Source of the DNA: Oscillospiraceae bacterium
GTDB taxonomy: Bacteria; Bacillota_I; Bacilli_A; RF39; UBA660
DNA length: 64,000 bases
Reading direction: 5' to 3'
Assembly: GCA_963632935.1 (NCBI GenBank)
Contig: CAVGWA010000002.1
Coordinates: 5,197 to 69,196 of the forward strand
In this document: one piece after another, positions 1 through 8,519 of the stretch
Position numbering within the stretch: the first letter of the stretch is position 1
Layout of the letters: each line of letters opens with the position of its first letter
Notes under the pieces: model-generated
Database searches by the model: none
What the model was told of the DNA's origin: nothing
Seen by the model: the letters and a program-made list of their open reading frames with translations, nothing else
Made by a program: the position numbers and the translations under genes

Positions 1-1
1 A

Positions 2-709
2 TCACCTTTTAGTAAAATTAATTTTGATTTGGCTAGTGGTGAGGCTGAAGGAATTGAAATTTCAAAATATAAAGATGGTTATAAAGTTGTTGTTAAGGGT
101 GATAGTGGAAGTTTAAAAGTTAGAATGAATGAAAGTGTTCGAAATAAATTTTATTTATTAAGGTTAAATATGGAAAAGCCACAAGAATGTTCTTTGGGTG
201 ATACTTATATTAGTGTTAATAATATAAGTAATAAATTAACATGTAAGGAATGGAAATATTTTAATGGAAATTATACTTTTGATTATACTTTATCTAGTAC
301 GAAAAAATTTAGATATTTATATATTAATTTTTCTAAGGGAACACATTATATTAAGAGTTATGAACTTTATAGTTTAAATTATGATGATTTAGTTTCTTTT
401 GTTGATGATATTTCAGAGTTTAAAGTAAGTAAGGCTTTGGGTGATAAAATAAGTGGTACAATAGATGTTAAGAAGGATGGTTATTTTAATTTATCTATCC
501 CTTATGATAAAGGATTTATAATTAAGGTTGATGGCAAAAAAATAGATTATGAAAAGGTTAATAAGGCTTTTATTGGTTTTCCTATAAAAAAAGGTAAGCA
601 TAAAATTGATGTTGAATTTAAGGCACCTAATGCTTGTGCTGGTAAAATTGTATCTATATTTGGTATAATATTATTTATTGTTGTTAATAAAAAGGTATAT
701 CATAAATGA
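2..709 (+). CDS. C-terminal part of a YfhO-like membrane protein (5' end lies outside the window)
   Basis: The frame is open from the window edge. The tail (SIPYDKGF..VDGKK..VNKAFIGFPIKKGKHKIDVEFKAP, then a terminal TM helix) looks like YfhO-family C-termini. Confidence 0.45.
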   Translation, partial: SPFSKINFDLASGEAEGIEISKYKDGYKVVVKGDSGSLKVRMNESVRNKFYLLRLNMEKPQECSLGDTYISVNNISNKLTCKEWKYFNGNYTFDYTLSSTKKFRYLYINFSKGTHYIKSYELYSLNYDDLVSFVDDISEFKVSKALGDKISGTIDVKKDGYFNLSIPYDKGFIIKVDGKKIDYEKVNKAFIGFPIKKGKHKIDVEFKAPNACAGKIVSIFGIILFIVVNKKVYHK

Positions 710-752
710 GGTAAAATATGGTATAATATCTTTGATTTAAAAAGGTGATTAT

Positions 753-1094
753 ATGGAAAAAAAATTAGAGGCTGTGCGTTTAATAAAAGAAAAATTAAAT
801 AATAATACTTTTTTATCTTATAAAGAAATTGCTTATATAACTGGTTATCATCCTAAGTATTTGTTGAAGTTAAAAAAAGAGGTTATTGATGGGACTATTA
901 GTTTTGAACATGGTAATAAGAATAGGGTTCCTGCGAATGTTATGAGTGATGAGGAGAAAAATAAGATTATATCTCTTTTTAAAAAAAGTAATGTTAGTAT
1001 TAGGAAGTTTTGTAAGTTTTATAACAGCAGGAGTTATTCTTGTATTTATAATTTACTTAAGGAAGAAGGGCTGCTTCGTCAAAAGACAAAGTAG
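753..1094 (+). CDS. Small helix-turn-helix protein resembling only the N-terminal HTH part of an integrase-type transposase
   Basis: 113 aa. The pattern HGNKNRVPANVMSDEEKNKIISLF...IRKFCKFYN...IYNLLKEEGL resembles transposase N-terminal HTH domains. No catalytic domain follows, and a terminator lies directly downstream. Confidence 0.4.
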   Translation: MEKKLEAVRLIKEKLNNNTFLSYKEIAYITGYHPKYLLKLKKEVIDGTISFEHGNKNRVPANVMSDEEKNKIISLFKKSNVSIRKFCKFYNSRSYSCIYNLLKEEGLLRQKTK

Positions 1095-1111
1095 TTTTTT
1101 TGTCGTTTTTT
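1085..1111 (+). terminator. Rho-independent terminator (weak)
   Basis: gacaaa / tttgtc 6-bp stem with an 8-nt loop, followed by gtttttt. Confidence 0.45.
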
Positions 1112-1161
1112 ATAAATTCTATTTTTTTATTTCTGGTAATATCTTTTATTAGGAGGAAATT

Positions 1162-3732
1162 ATGAAACAAGGGTTAACTAAAGATGAGGTTATTAGAAGT
1201 AGAAAATTATATGGAAGTAATGATATTAAAAATATTTCTAAGGAGTCTTTTATACATAAATTGGTTGCGACTTTGGGAGATCCTATTATTAGAATTTTAT
1301 TAATTGCTTTAGCTATTAAAACTTTATTTTTGTTTCAAAATTTTGATTGGTATGAAACTATTGGAATAGTGATTGCTATATTTTTAGCTTCGTTTATTTC
1401 TACTGTTTCTGAATATGGCAGCGAGAAGGCTTTTGAAAAGTTGCAGGCTGAGGCTTCTAAAATTAAGGTGAGAGTTAGAAGATGTAATGTGTTAAATGAG
1501 ATTTCTATTGATGAGGTTGTGGTTGGAGATATTGTTTTACTTGGTAGTGGTGATGGTGTTCCTGCGGATGGTAGGATAATTAGTGGCAGTATTTTGGTAA
1601 ATGAATCTAGTTTAAATGGTGAGATGAGAGAGCAGGAAAAAAATAAAGATGATGAAGTTTATAGATCTAGCGTTGTTTATTCTGGAAGTGCTTGTATGGA
1701 GGTTTTAAAGGTTGGTGATGCTACTTTTTATGGTAAGCTTGCTAGAGAAGTGTCTGAGAAAGCTCCTGATAGTCCTTTGAAGTTGAGATTGGTTGAACTT
1801 GCTAAATTTATTAGTAAGATTGGATATGTTGGGGCTTTTCTTGTTAGTTTTTCTTATTTGTTTTCTGTAGTTGTTATTGATAATAATTTTAATTTTTCTT
1901 TGATTATGAAAACTCTTTCTAATTTTCCTTTGATGTTTGGGCATATTTTACATGCCTTAACTTTGAGTGTGACTATAATTGTTGTTGCGGTTCCTGAAGG
2001 ACTTCCTTTAATGGTTACTTTGGTTTTATCTTCTAATATGAAAAGGATGCTTAAAAGTAATGTTTTGGTAAGACATCTTATGGGGATTGAAACGGCTGGT
2101 AATATAAATATGCTTTTTACTGATAAAACTGGAACGATAACTAAGGGGAAGCTTTGTGCTGTTGCGGTTAGTGATGGAGGTGGTAATTTATTTAGAGATG
2201 AAGATGAGTTAAAAGCTAATTTGGTATTTTATAAAAGAGTTAAGTTATCTTTGGTTGGTAATAATGAAAGCTCTTATGATGTTAATGGTAAGCCTACTGG
2301 TGGTAATATAACTGATAGGGCAGTTTTAAGTTTTTTTAAAAATGATAATTTAAAATATAAGGTTATTGATAAGGTTCCTTTTTCTAGTGAGAATAAGTAT
2401 TCTATGTCTACTTTATTTTATGAAGGTAAGGAGATTACTTTTATAAAGGGAGCTCCTGAGATTATTATTAAAAAGTGTAGTCATTATTATGTTAATGATG
2501 GCAAGAGGTTGTTTGTTAATAAGGATAAGGTTTATGCTCAAATTAAAAAAGCTACTGATAATGGTATGAGGGTTTTGGCGTTTGCTAGTGCGTCTAGTAA
2601 AAATATTAATAGGTTATCATTTATTGGCCTTGTTTTTATTAAGGATGAAGTTAGACCGGAGGCTTTAGAAGGACTTAAGCTGATTGAAAGTGCTCATATT
2701 AATACGGTTATGATTACTGGTGATAATGTTAATACGGCTAGGGCAATTGGAAGGGAGGTTGGACTTTTAAAGAATGATGATGATGTTGTTTTAACTAGTG
2801 AAGAGTTTAATTCAAAATCTGATGAGGAGATTATTAATATTTTGCCGAGATTGAAGATTTTGGCTCGTTTATTACCACAGGATAAAAGTAGGCTTGTTAG
2901 AATTGCTCAGGCTAATAATTTGGTGGTTGGTATGACTGGTGATGGGGTAAATGATGCTCCTGCTTTGAAGAAGGCTGATGTTGGATTTGCGATGGGTTCT
3001 GGTTGTGAGGTTGCTAAGGAAGCTAGTGATATTGTTATTTTGGATAATAATTTACTTTCAATTTCTAATGCTGTTTTGTATGGCAGAACTATATTTAAAA
3101 GTATTAGAAAATTTATTATTTTTCAATTGACGATGAATATATGTGCAGTTAGTATTTCTATTTTAGGACCTTTTATTGGGGTGGATGTTCCTATTACTGT
3201 TATACAAATGCTGTGGATAAATATGGTTATGGATACTTTGGCTGGTATTGCTTTTTCTTTTGAAGCAGCACTTAGGGAATATATGTATGAAAAGCCTAAG
3301 GAAAAGAATGAGAAGATAATTAATAGGTATATGATGGATGAAATTATTTTTACTGGTGGATTTTCAGCAATTATGTGTATAATTTTTTTGAAAGCTCCTT
3401 TTATTTGCAATATTTTTAGGGAGGATAAGTATTTGATGACAGCGTTTTTTGGACTTTTTATTTTTATGGGTATATTTAATTGTTTTAATGCGAGAACACA
3501 CCGATTAAATCTTTTTTCGAATCTTTCAAAAAATAAAATATTTTTAATTATTATTTTGTTTATAGTTTTAGTGCAAGTTTATTTGATTTATTATGGTGGT
3601 GATTTATTTAGAACGTATGGGTTAAATTTGTTTGAATTTGAAGTAATGTTTTTCTTATCTTCTTTGGTTGTTCCAGTTGATTGGCTTAGAAAAATTTATC
3701 TTCGTAGATGTGGTGAGAAGGGTGGGGTTTAG
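1162..3732 (+). CDS. P-type cation-transporting ATPase, Ca2+-ATPase-like (P2 type, YloB/PMCA-like)
   Basis: Carries DKTGTITKGK (phosphorylation site), MITGDN, GDGVNDAPALKKADVG and PEGLP in TM4. 856 aa with multiple TM segments. RBS aggagg precedes the ATG. Confidence 0.9.
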   Translation: MKQGLTKDEVIRSRKLYGSNDIKNISKESFIHKLVATLGDPIIRILLIALAIKTLFLFQNFDWYETIGIVIAIFLASFISTVSEYGSEKAFEKLQAEASKIKVRVRRCNVLNEISIDEVVVGDIVLLGSGDGVPADGRIISGSILVNESSLNGEMREQEKNKDDEVYRSSVVYSGSACMEVLKVGDATFYGKLAREVSEKAPDSPLKLRLVELAKFISKIGYVGAFLVSFSYLFSVVVIDNNFNFSLIMKTLSNFPLMFGHILHALTLSVTIIVVAVPEGLPLMVTLVLSSNMKRMLKSNVLVRHLMGIETAGNINMLFTDKTGTITKGKLCAVAVSDGGGNLFRDEDELKANLVFYKRVKLSLVGNNESSYDVNGKPTGGNITDRAVLSFFKNDNLKYKVIDKVPFSSENKYSMSTLFYEGKEITFIKGAPEIIIKKCSHYYVNDGKRLFVNKDKVYAQIKKATDNGMRVLAFASASSKNINRLSFIGLVFIKDEVRPEALEGLKLIESAHINTVMITGDNVNTARAIGREVGLLKNDDDVVLTSEEFNSKSDEEIINILPRLKILARLLPQDKSRLVRIAQANNLVVGMTGDGVNDAPALKKADVGFAMGSGCEVAKEASDIVILDNNLLSISNAVLYGRTIFKSIRKFIIFQLTMNICAVSISILGPFIGVDVPITVIQMLWINMVMDTLAGIAFSFEAALREYMYEKPKEKNEKIINRYMMDEIIFTGGFSAIMCIIFLKAPFICNIFREDKYLMTAFFGLFIFMGIFNCFNARTHRLNLFSNLSKNKIFLIIILFIVLVQVYLIYYGGDLFRTYGLNLFEFEVMFFLSSLVVPVDWLRKIYLRRCGEKGGV

Positions 3733-3784
3733 ATTTGATTTTTTTTAGGGAAATGCTATAATATATTTCGAAAAGAGGAATAGT

Positions 3785-4378
3785 ATGGAAAATGGAAAAA
3801 TGAAATTAACATATATTAAGGGAATGACTATGGTTTGTAGTGTGGCATTAGCTGCTAGTTTAATTGGTTGTGGTTCTAAAAGTGCGGTTAATACTGAACA
3901 GACAAATACTACTCAAGAAATGGCTACTACTCAAGATAGTTCTAATTTAGATTCTATGGATAGTTCTACTGAAAGTTCTTCTGAAAATTCTTCCCGTTTG
4001 GAAGAGTCATTGGAAGTTATTCTTGAAGGTGGCAAGAGGTTAGATGATGTTGTTAGTGAGGCGGCTGGGAGTGATGCTGTTCAAGAGGAATTTGAAAATT
4101 CACTTCAGAATTTTATTGATTTAAATGATTTTATTAATGGTGAAAAACAGATAGATGGAATTAGTTATGATGAGTTAAGTGATTCCACTAAAGAAAAAGT
4201 TAATTCTGCTAAAAATAGTCTTGATAATTCTTTGGAAAGAATTCATCCAAATTATAAATCTGATTTTAAAGATTGGTTTACTGATAAGGCTGCAAGTGCT
4301 CTTGATAGGCTTTCTGATATAAAAGATCAAGGTTTAGAAATTTGGGATGAAATTAAGTCAAAAAGAAAGCAAAAGTAA
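3785..4378 (+). CDS. Secreted lipoprotein of unknown function
   Basis: Signal peptide with lipobox LIGC|GS, followed by a Ser/Thr/Glu-rich linker. RBS agagga. Confidence 0.6.
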   Translation: MENGKMKLTYIKGMTMVCSVALAASLIGCGSKSAVNTEQTNTTQEMATTQDSSNLDSMDSSTESSSENSSRLEESLEVILEGGKRLDDVVSEAAGSDAVQEEFENSLQNFIDLNDFINGEKQIDGISYDELSDSTKEKVNSAKNSLDNSLERIHPNYKSDFKDWFTDKAASALDRLSDIKDQGLEIWDEIKSKRKQK

Positions 4379-4392
4379 ACATATAGTAAACG

Positions 4393-4422
4393 AAAGATGA
4401 GTGAAAAAACTTATCTTTTTTT
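4393..4422 (+). terminator. Rho-independent terminator
   Basis: aaagatgag / cttatcttt stem (one G-U pair), 8-nt loop, T-run. Confidence 0.6.
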
Positions 4423-4508
4423 CATTGTATTATGTTTAAAATTGTGATATAGTTACATAAGAGTAATCATAGGTTGTTCTTTTATTTGTGAGAGGGAAGG
4501 TAATATTT

Positions 4509-5210
4509 ATGATAAATTTTATTATTTGTGATGATGATATTAAATTCCGTGATAAGGTTATACATTTTGTTAACTGTTATATGATGAAAAATAAGATTGA
4601 ATATAAGACTCATATTTTTGATGATTATGATAGTAATTTTATGAAAATTGTCCAAAGGAAGATGTCTTTTAAAATTTATATTTTAGATATTGAAACACCT
4701 ACTCATTCTGGAATTGATGTTGCCCGAATTATTAGAAAGGATGATGTTGATAGTGTTTTAATTTTTTTGACGGGTCATCATGAACTTAGTAATGTTGTTT
4801 TGAAAAATGATTTTTTATTTTTGTCTTTTATTAATAAATTTGATGATTGTGAGAGAAGATTAAATAAATCTTTGGATAGAGCTTTTCAAACTTTAAAAGT
4901 GAAAAATATTATTCGTTTTAAAGATGGTGGGGTTGTTTATACTATTCCACAAAGTGATATTTTATATGTTACTAGAGATAGTATTGAGAGAAAATGTATT
5001 ATTGTTACTGATTATGGTGAATTTATGATTAGTAAAAATTTAAATGAAATAGAAGAACTTTTGAATGATGATTTTGTAAAAACTCATAGAGCTTGTATTA
5101 TGAATTCTAAAAGAATTAGAAGTGTAAGTAAGAGTAAGAAAGAGGTTTTATTTGATAATGGAATGAAGTCTAATTTAATTTCAACTAGATTTGATGAGGA
5201 GTTGATATAG
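4509..5210 (+). CDS. LytTR-family response regulator (AgrA-like)
   Basis: N-terminal receiver domain (IICDDD..., YILDIETP) and a C-terminal LytTR-type DNA-binding region (IRFKDGGVVYTIPQSDILYVTRDS...FVKTHRACIMN). The ATG at 4509 with RBS gagggaagg is preferred over the GTG at 4488. Confidence 0.85.
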   Translation: MINFIICDDDIKFRDKVIHFVNCYMMKNKIEYKTHIFDDYDSNFMKIVQRKMSFKIYILDIETPTHSGIDVARIIRKDDVDSVLIFLTGHHELSNVVLKNDFLFLSFINKFDDCERRLNKSLDRAFQTLKVKNIIRFKDGGVVYTIPQSDILYVTRDSIERKCIIVTDYGEFMISKNLNEIEELLNDDFVKTHRACIMNSKRIRSVSKSKKEVLFDNGMKSNLISTRFDEELI

Positions 5211-5211
5211 G

Positions 5212-6516
5212 GTGGATAATATATTTGTACTTTTAATTTCTAGTTTTTTGATGGCTTATTTTTATGTCCATTGTTGGAATGATATTGGCTTAAATAATAA
5301 TTTATATAAAAAGGTTATTTCTTTGATTTTAATAACTTCCATTTTTGTTTTTGCAAATTGTTTTTTGCTTCAGTTTAATAAAATAATCATAATATATTTA
5401 TTGAATATAATGGTTAATTACTTTTTTGTAAGTAAAAATTTAAAACAAGCTTTTTTGTCTGTTGTTATACCTCAACTTATAATATGGTTTTCTGAATTTA
5501 TATTTGCTGCAATGATTTCTTCATTTTATACTGGTAATATTCAAAAATTAGTTTTGAGAAATGATGTTTTTATAATTATGCATTTATTTGTTTTAATTTT
5601 ATCATTAATTATTAATAAATTTGGTTTAACTTTATTTTTATATAATCTTTTATTAGGTAAAAAAACAAAAAATAAGAACATGGATTCCTTGATTTATTCA
5701 ATTATAATGATTATTGTGATGATTGTAGCTACAATGGAAACGTATATGAAATTACCTTTTAATGTTATTTTAATTATAAATATGATTATTTCTGTAATAT
5801 TTATTATTATTGTAATTAAATCAAGTAAGAATAAGAATGAATATAATAAAATTAATAGTAAATATCAAACTAGTATTTATAGTTTAAAAGAATATGAGAT
5901 TATGATTGATAAGTTTAGTATGTTAACTCATGAAAATAAAAATGAATTTCAAACGATTAGAAATATGATAAAAACCGGAGAATCTAAGGAAACTGTAGTT
6001 AAATATATTGATAGATTAATTGATAATAAAATCAAAGATAATGATAAAATTATGAAAAAAGCTTCTAAAATTCCAGAAGGTGGTTTGAAAGCTACAATTT
6101 ATTCTAAATTATGTACGATGGATAAACTTAAGATCAAGTATAATTTAAGAGTTTCTCGTGATGTTCATACAACTGATTTGATTGATTTAGATGAAAATTT
6201 AACTTTAAAAATATGTAAGATTCTTGGCGTATTTTTAGATAATGCTATTGATGCGGTTGAAAATTTAGATATGAAACAAATTTCGATAGAAATGTATGTA
6301 TTTGATGAATGGTTATGTATTGATATTACTAATAATTTTAAAGATATGATTGATTTAAATAAAATTAGTGATTTGAAGTATACTACAAAAGGTAGTGGGC
6401 ATGGTTATGGTCTTCCTTTGGTAAAACAAATTTTAGATGAAGAGAAAAATGTTTTGGAAAATGAAAAAAGCATAAATGGTAATACATTTACGCAAACACT
6501 GAAAATAAAAATGTAG
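5212..6516 (+). CDS. AgrC-like membrane histidine kinase (GHKL ATPase, HPK10 type)
   Basis: About 6 N-terminal TM helices, an H-box-like LTHENKNEFQTIRN, and a C-terminal ATPase region (LDNAIDA...TTKGSGHGYGLPLV). It directly follows the LytTR regulator gene. Confidence 0.75.
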   Translation: MDNIFVLLISSFLMAYFYVHCWNDIGLNNNLYKKVISLILITSIFVFANCFLLQFNKIIIIYLLNIMVNYFFVSKNLKQAFLSVVIPQLIIWFSEFIFAAMISSFYTGNIQKLVLRNDVFIIMHLFVLILSLIINKFGLTLFLYNLLLGKKTKNKNMDSLIYSIIMIIVMIVATMETYMKLPFNVILIINMIISVIFIIIVIKSSKNKNEYNKINSKYQTSIYSLKEYEIMIDKFSMLTHENKNEFQTIRNMIKTGESKETVVKYIDRLIDNKIKDNDKIMKKASKIPEGGLKATIYSKLCTMDKLKIKYNLRVSRDVHTTDLIDLDENLTLKICKILGVFLDNAIDAVENLDMKQISIEMYVFDEWLCIDITNNFKDMIDLNKISDLKYTTKGSGHGYGLPLVKQILDEEKNVLENEKSINGNTFTQTLKIKM

Positions 6517-6540
6517 AAAATTTTAATTCTACATTTTATT
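6511..6540. terminator. Bidirectional terminator shared by the convergent agrC-like and agrD-like genes
   Basis: Perfect 8-bp stem atgtagaa / ttctacat (6511-6518 / 6527-6534) with an 8-nt loop and T-runs on both strands. It overlaps the kinase stop codon and ends at the agrD-like stop codon (6536-6538). Confidence 0.65.
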
Positions 6541-6655
6541 TTATTAAACTTTTTGGGCATTCTGGTTCATCAAGCCACCAAGCAACGCAAGCAGTGCTTG
6601 ATGTGTTTGCAAATAATCCTCCAATTGAAGATAATAAAGATGCTATAATACTCAT
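6536..6655 (-). CDS. agrD: AgrD-like autoinducing peptide precursor (39 aa; not in the ORF track)
   Basis: My own translation is MSIIASLLSSIGGLFANTSSTACVAWWLDEPECPKSLIK. RBS GGGGTG lies 7 nt upstream. The gene starts 35 nt downstream of agrB. It has an amphipathic N-terminus, a single core Cys and an acidic DEPE.PKSL tail, as in AgrD family members. Confidence 0.7.
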   Translation of the reverse strand: MSIIASLLSSIGGLFANTSSTACVAWWLDEPECPKSLIK

Positions 6656-6690
6656 TTGTTTCACCCCTTTCTTTTATCTATGTTTAAATT

Positions 6691-7305
6691 TTAATTTAAA
6701 CCATTTTCAAGCTGATAATTTTTATAATTATCATATGTTTCACCACATATTTTATACATTGTTTTTGATGTGAAAACGCATTGTATAATTAGTGATAAAA
6801 TAAATGTGTTAGATAAAAAATTATTATTAATTAATATTGATGCTATTACGAAAATTATTGAAATGATGGTTGATATAATTTTATAAATTTGTCTTCTTTT
6901 TTTATTAATAATAGGTTTTTTTCTAGTATCGGCTGGGCTATTTTTATATATTAGTATTATTCCTATAATTCCAAATATTATTTTAAAATTGATTGGTATT
7001 ATAATTGTTTTACTTATATATGTTGATAATAAAAATATAGTTGCGGATGATACTAGACATATCCAACTTTTTGATGCGTGCATTCCAAATGATGTGCTTC
7101 TCAAAATATTATATATAATTGTAAAAATTAGTAGTTCTTTGAATATATTCATATAAAGTGCTAGTGCGAATATTATAATTGATTTTGTGATAAGTAAATA
7201 TAATCCTAGCAGTCCATATTTTATTTCTTCAAGTTTTTGATTGGAATACTCTGGATAATAATTCTTTATAATTTTTAAAGAGTTATTAATAAATACTTCT
7301 TTCAT
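6691..7305 (-). CDS. agrB: Accessory gene regulator protein B (AgrB-type membrane peptidase)
   Basis: 204 aa polytopic membrane protein with the AgrB signature R.TSFGMHASKSWIC (catalytic His...Cys spacing). It is followed by an AgrD-like ORF. Confidence 0.85.
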   Translation of the reverse strand: MKEVFINNSLKIIKNYYPEYSNQKLEEIKYGLLGLYLLITKSIIIFALALYMNIFKELLIFTIIYNILRSTSFGMHASKSWICLVSSATIFLLSTYISKTIIIPINFKIIFGIIGIILIYKNSPADTRKKPIINKKRRQIYKIISTIISIIFVIASILINNNFLSNTFILSLIIQCVFTSKTMYKICGETYDNYKNYQLENGLN

Positions 7306-7599
7306 ACACTACCTCTCTTTACTAAGTTTATGATACATTAAATTTTTTTCTTTTTTTTATGTATTGTTTTAATGGTATTTATTTGTGTATGAGTTTTGGA
7401 AAAGTATACTATTCATTATATTTCAGTTGCACTAAGACAGTATTTGTGTATTTTTAGACATATTTAACAAAGATTACATATAATTCGTGTAAAATCAAAC
7501 TTGTCGATGTAGTAGTGTGCACGTTAAAACAATATATTGAAAATTTATATTCGTAATCGGTTGTTTTATGTGGATTACTAGAAGGGAGATGTTGGCAAG

Positions 7600-7812
7600 A
7601 TGAAGGGCAAAGTTAAATGGTTTAATAATGAAAAAGGCTTTGGCTTTATCGAATACAATGATAAAGAAGATATTTTCGTCCATTATTCAGCTATTTTGAC
7701 ACCTGGATATAAAACTTTAGTTGAGGGTCAATACGTTGAATTCGATTTAGTCAGAACCGATAAAGGTTTACAAGCAAAGAATATTGTAGAAATTAAAACT
7801 GCTTTAGTGTAG
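7600..7812 (+). CDS. csp: Cold-shock protein (CspA family)
   Basis: [17 protein letters not shown]...DIFVHYSAI contains the RNP1/RNP2 motifs. 70 aa, with RBS gaagggag and a long upstream untranslated region. Confidence 0.95.
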   Translation: MKGKVKWFNNEKGFGFIEYNDKEDIFVHYSAILTPGYKTLVEGQYVEFDLVRTDKGLQAKNIVEIKTALV

Positions 7813-7871
7813 TTTTTTTCTTATATCTATTTTTTGTTAAGTATGATATAATTAAGGTGGAAGGTGATAGA

Positions 7872-8402
7872 ATGGAATATGTAATTCGTGGAAAAAAAGT
7901 TAAGGTAACTAATGATTTAAAAAGTTATACTGAAGAGAAGCTTTCTAAGCTTGATAAGTATTTTAATGAGGATGAAAACTTTACTTGTAACGTTATGATT
8001 AGACTTAATGATCCTATTTATAAGGTTGAAGTAACTATACCTGTTAAAAAAGTTATTTTAAGAGCAGAAGAAAGTCATAAAGATCCTTTCGCAGCGATTG
8101 ATTTAATCATTGATAAATTGGAAAGACAAATTCGTAAGAATAAAACTAGAATGAGCAAAAGAGTTATTAAGGATAAATTTTTATCTTTTGCTGACTTTAA
8201 GGTTGAAAAGGTAGAAAATGATAAGAGCAAAATTGTTAAACGTAAATATGTTGAACTTAAACCTATGAGTGAAGATGAGGCTATTTTACAGATGAATTTA
8301 ATTGATCATGATTTCTTTGTTTTCAGAGATGCTAAAACTGGTGATATTGAAGTTTTATATAGACGTGAAGATGAAAATTATGGTTTAATAAAAGAAAAAT
8401 AA
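7872..8402 (+). CDS. hpf: Ribosome hibernation promoting factor (long HPF / YvyD)
   Basis: The MEYVIRGKKVKVT...YTEEKLSKLDKYF N-domain plus a C-terminal dimerisation domain (PMSEDEAILQMNLIDHDFFVFRD). Sits upstream of secA as in B. subtilis. The ATG at 7872 with RBS aaggtggaaggtga is preferred over the GTG at 7857. Confidence 0.9.
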   Translation: MEYVIRGKKVKVTNDLKSYTEEKLSKLDKYFNEDENFTCNVMIRLNDPIYKVEVTIPVKKVILRAEESHKDPFAAIDLIIDKLERQIRKNKTRMSKRVIKDKFLSFADFKVEKVENDKSKIVKRKYVELKPMSEDEAILQMNLIDHDFFVFRDAKTGDIEVLYRREDENYGLIKEK

Positions 8403-8420
8403 AGGTTATTTTATTAATTT

Positions 8421-8457
8421 CAAGGTAAAAAGTTAATTTTTTACCTTGTTTTTTTTT
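8421..8457 (+). terminator. Rho-independent terminator after hpf
   Basis: 11-bp stem caaggtaaaaa / tttttaccttg, 6-nt loop, then a run of 9 T. Confidence 0.75.
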
Positions 8458-8519
8458 ATTATGCTATGAATTTTCTTGGTTTTTTGGTAAAATGTTATGT
8501 AGACGAAAGGATGGACAAT

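Noticed and set aside
1705-1944. Antisense or overlapping ORFs from the six-frame track: 946-1152, 1705-1944, 3123-3410, 9615-9806, 11712-11921, 17964-18152, 19937-20137, 23433-23615, 25204-25413, 27905-28093, 37995-38216, 40773-41018, 41253-41435, 41500-41691, 42578-43060, 44174-44395, 44745-45026, 49440-49706, 53230-53475, 57819-58115, 59439-59693, 60698-60910, 61730-62098, 62734-62925, 63391-63802
   Set aside because: Each lies inside, or antisense to, a well-supported conserved gene. They have low-complexity Ile/Phe/Leu/Lys-rich products typical of AT-rich antisense frames, and none has an RBS.
7495-7683. 62-aa ORF overlapping the csp start on the - strand
   Set aside because: It overlaps the unmistakable cold-shock protein gene and its leader, and it has no RBS.
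8466-8519. N-terminally extended starts proposed by the ORF track: secA 8466, glmS 16109, trpS 21783, RDD 25318, asnB 26391, der 33840, spoIVA 35465, DUF975 50615, yrrN 51376, hpf 7857, regulator 4488
   Set aside because: In each case a downstream ATG is preceded by a proper RBS and matches the conserved family N-terminus. Several of the extensions contain promoters, terminators or the stop codon of the upstream gene.
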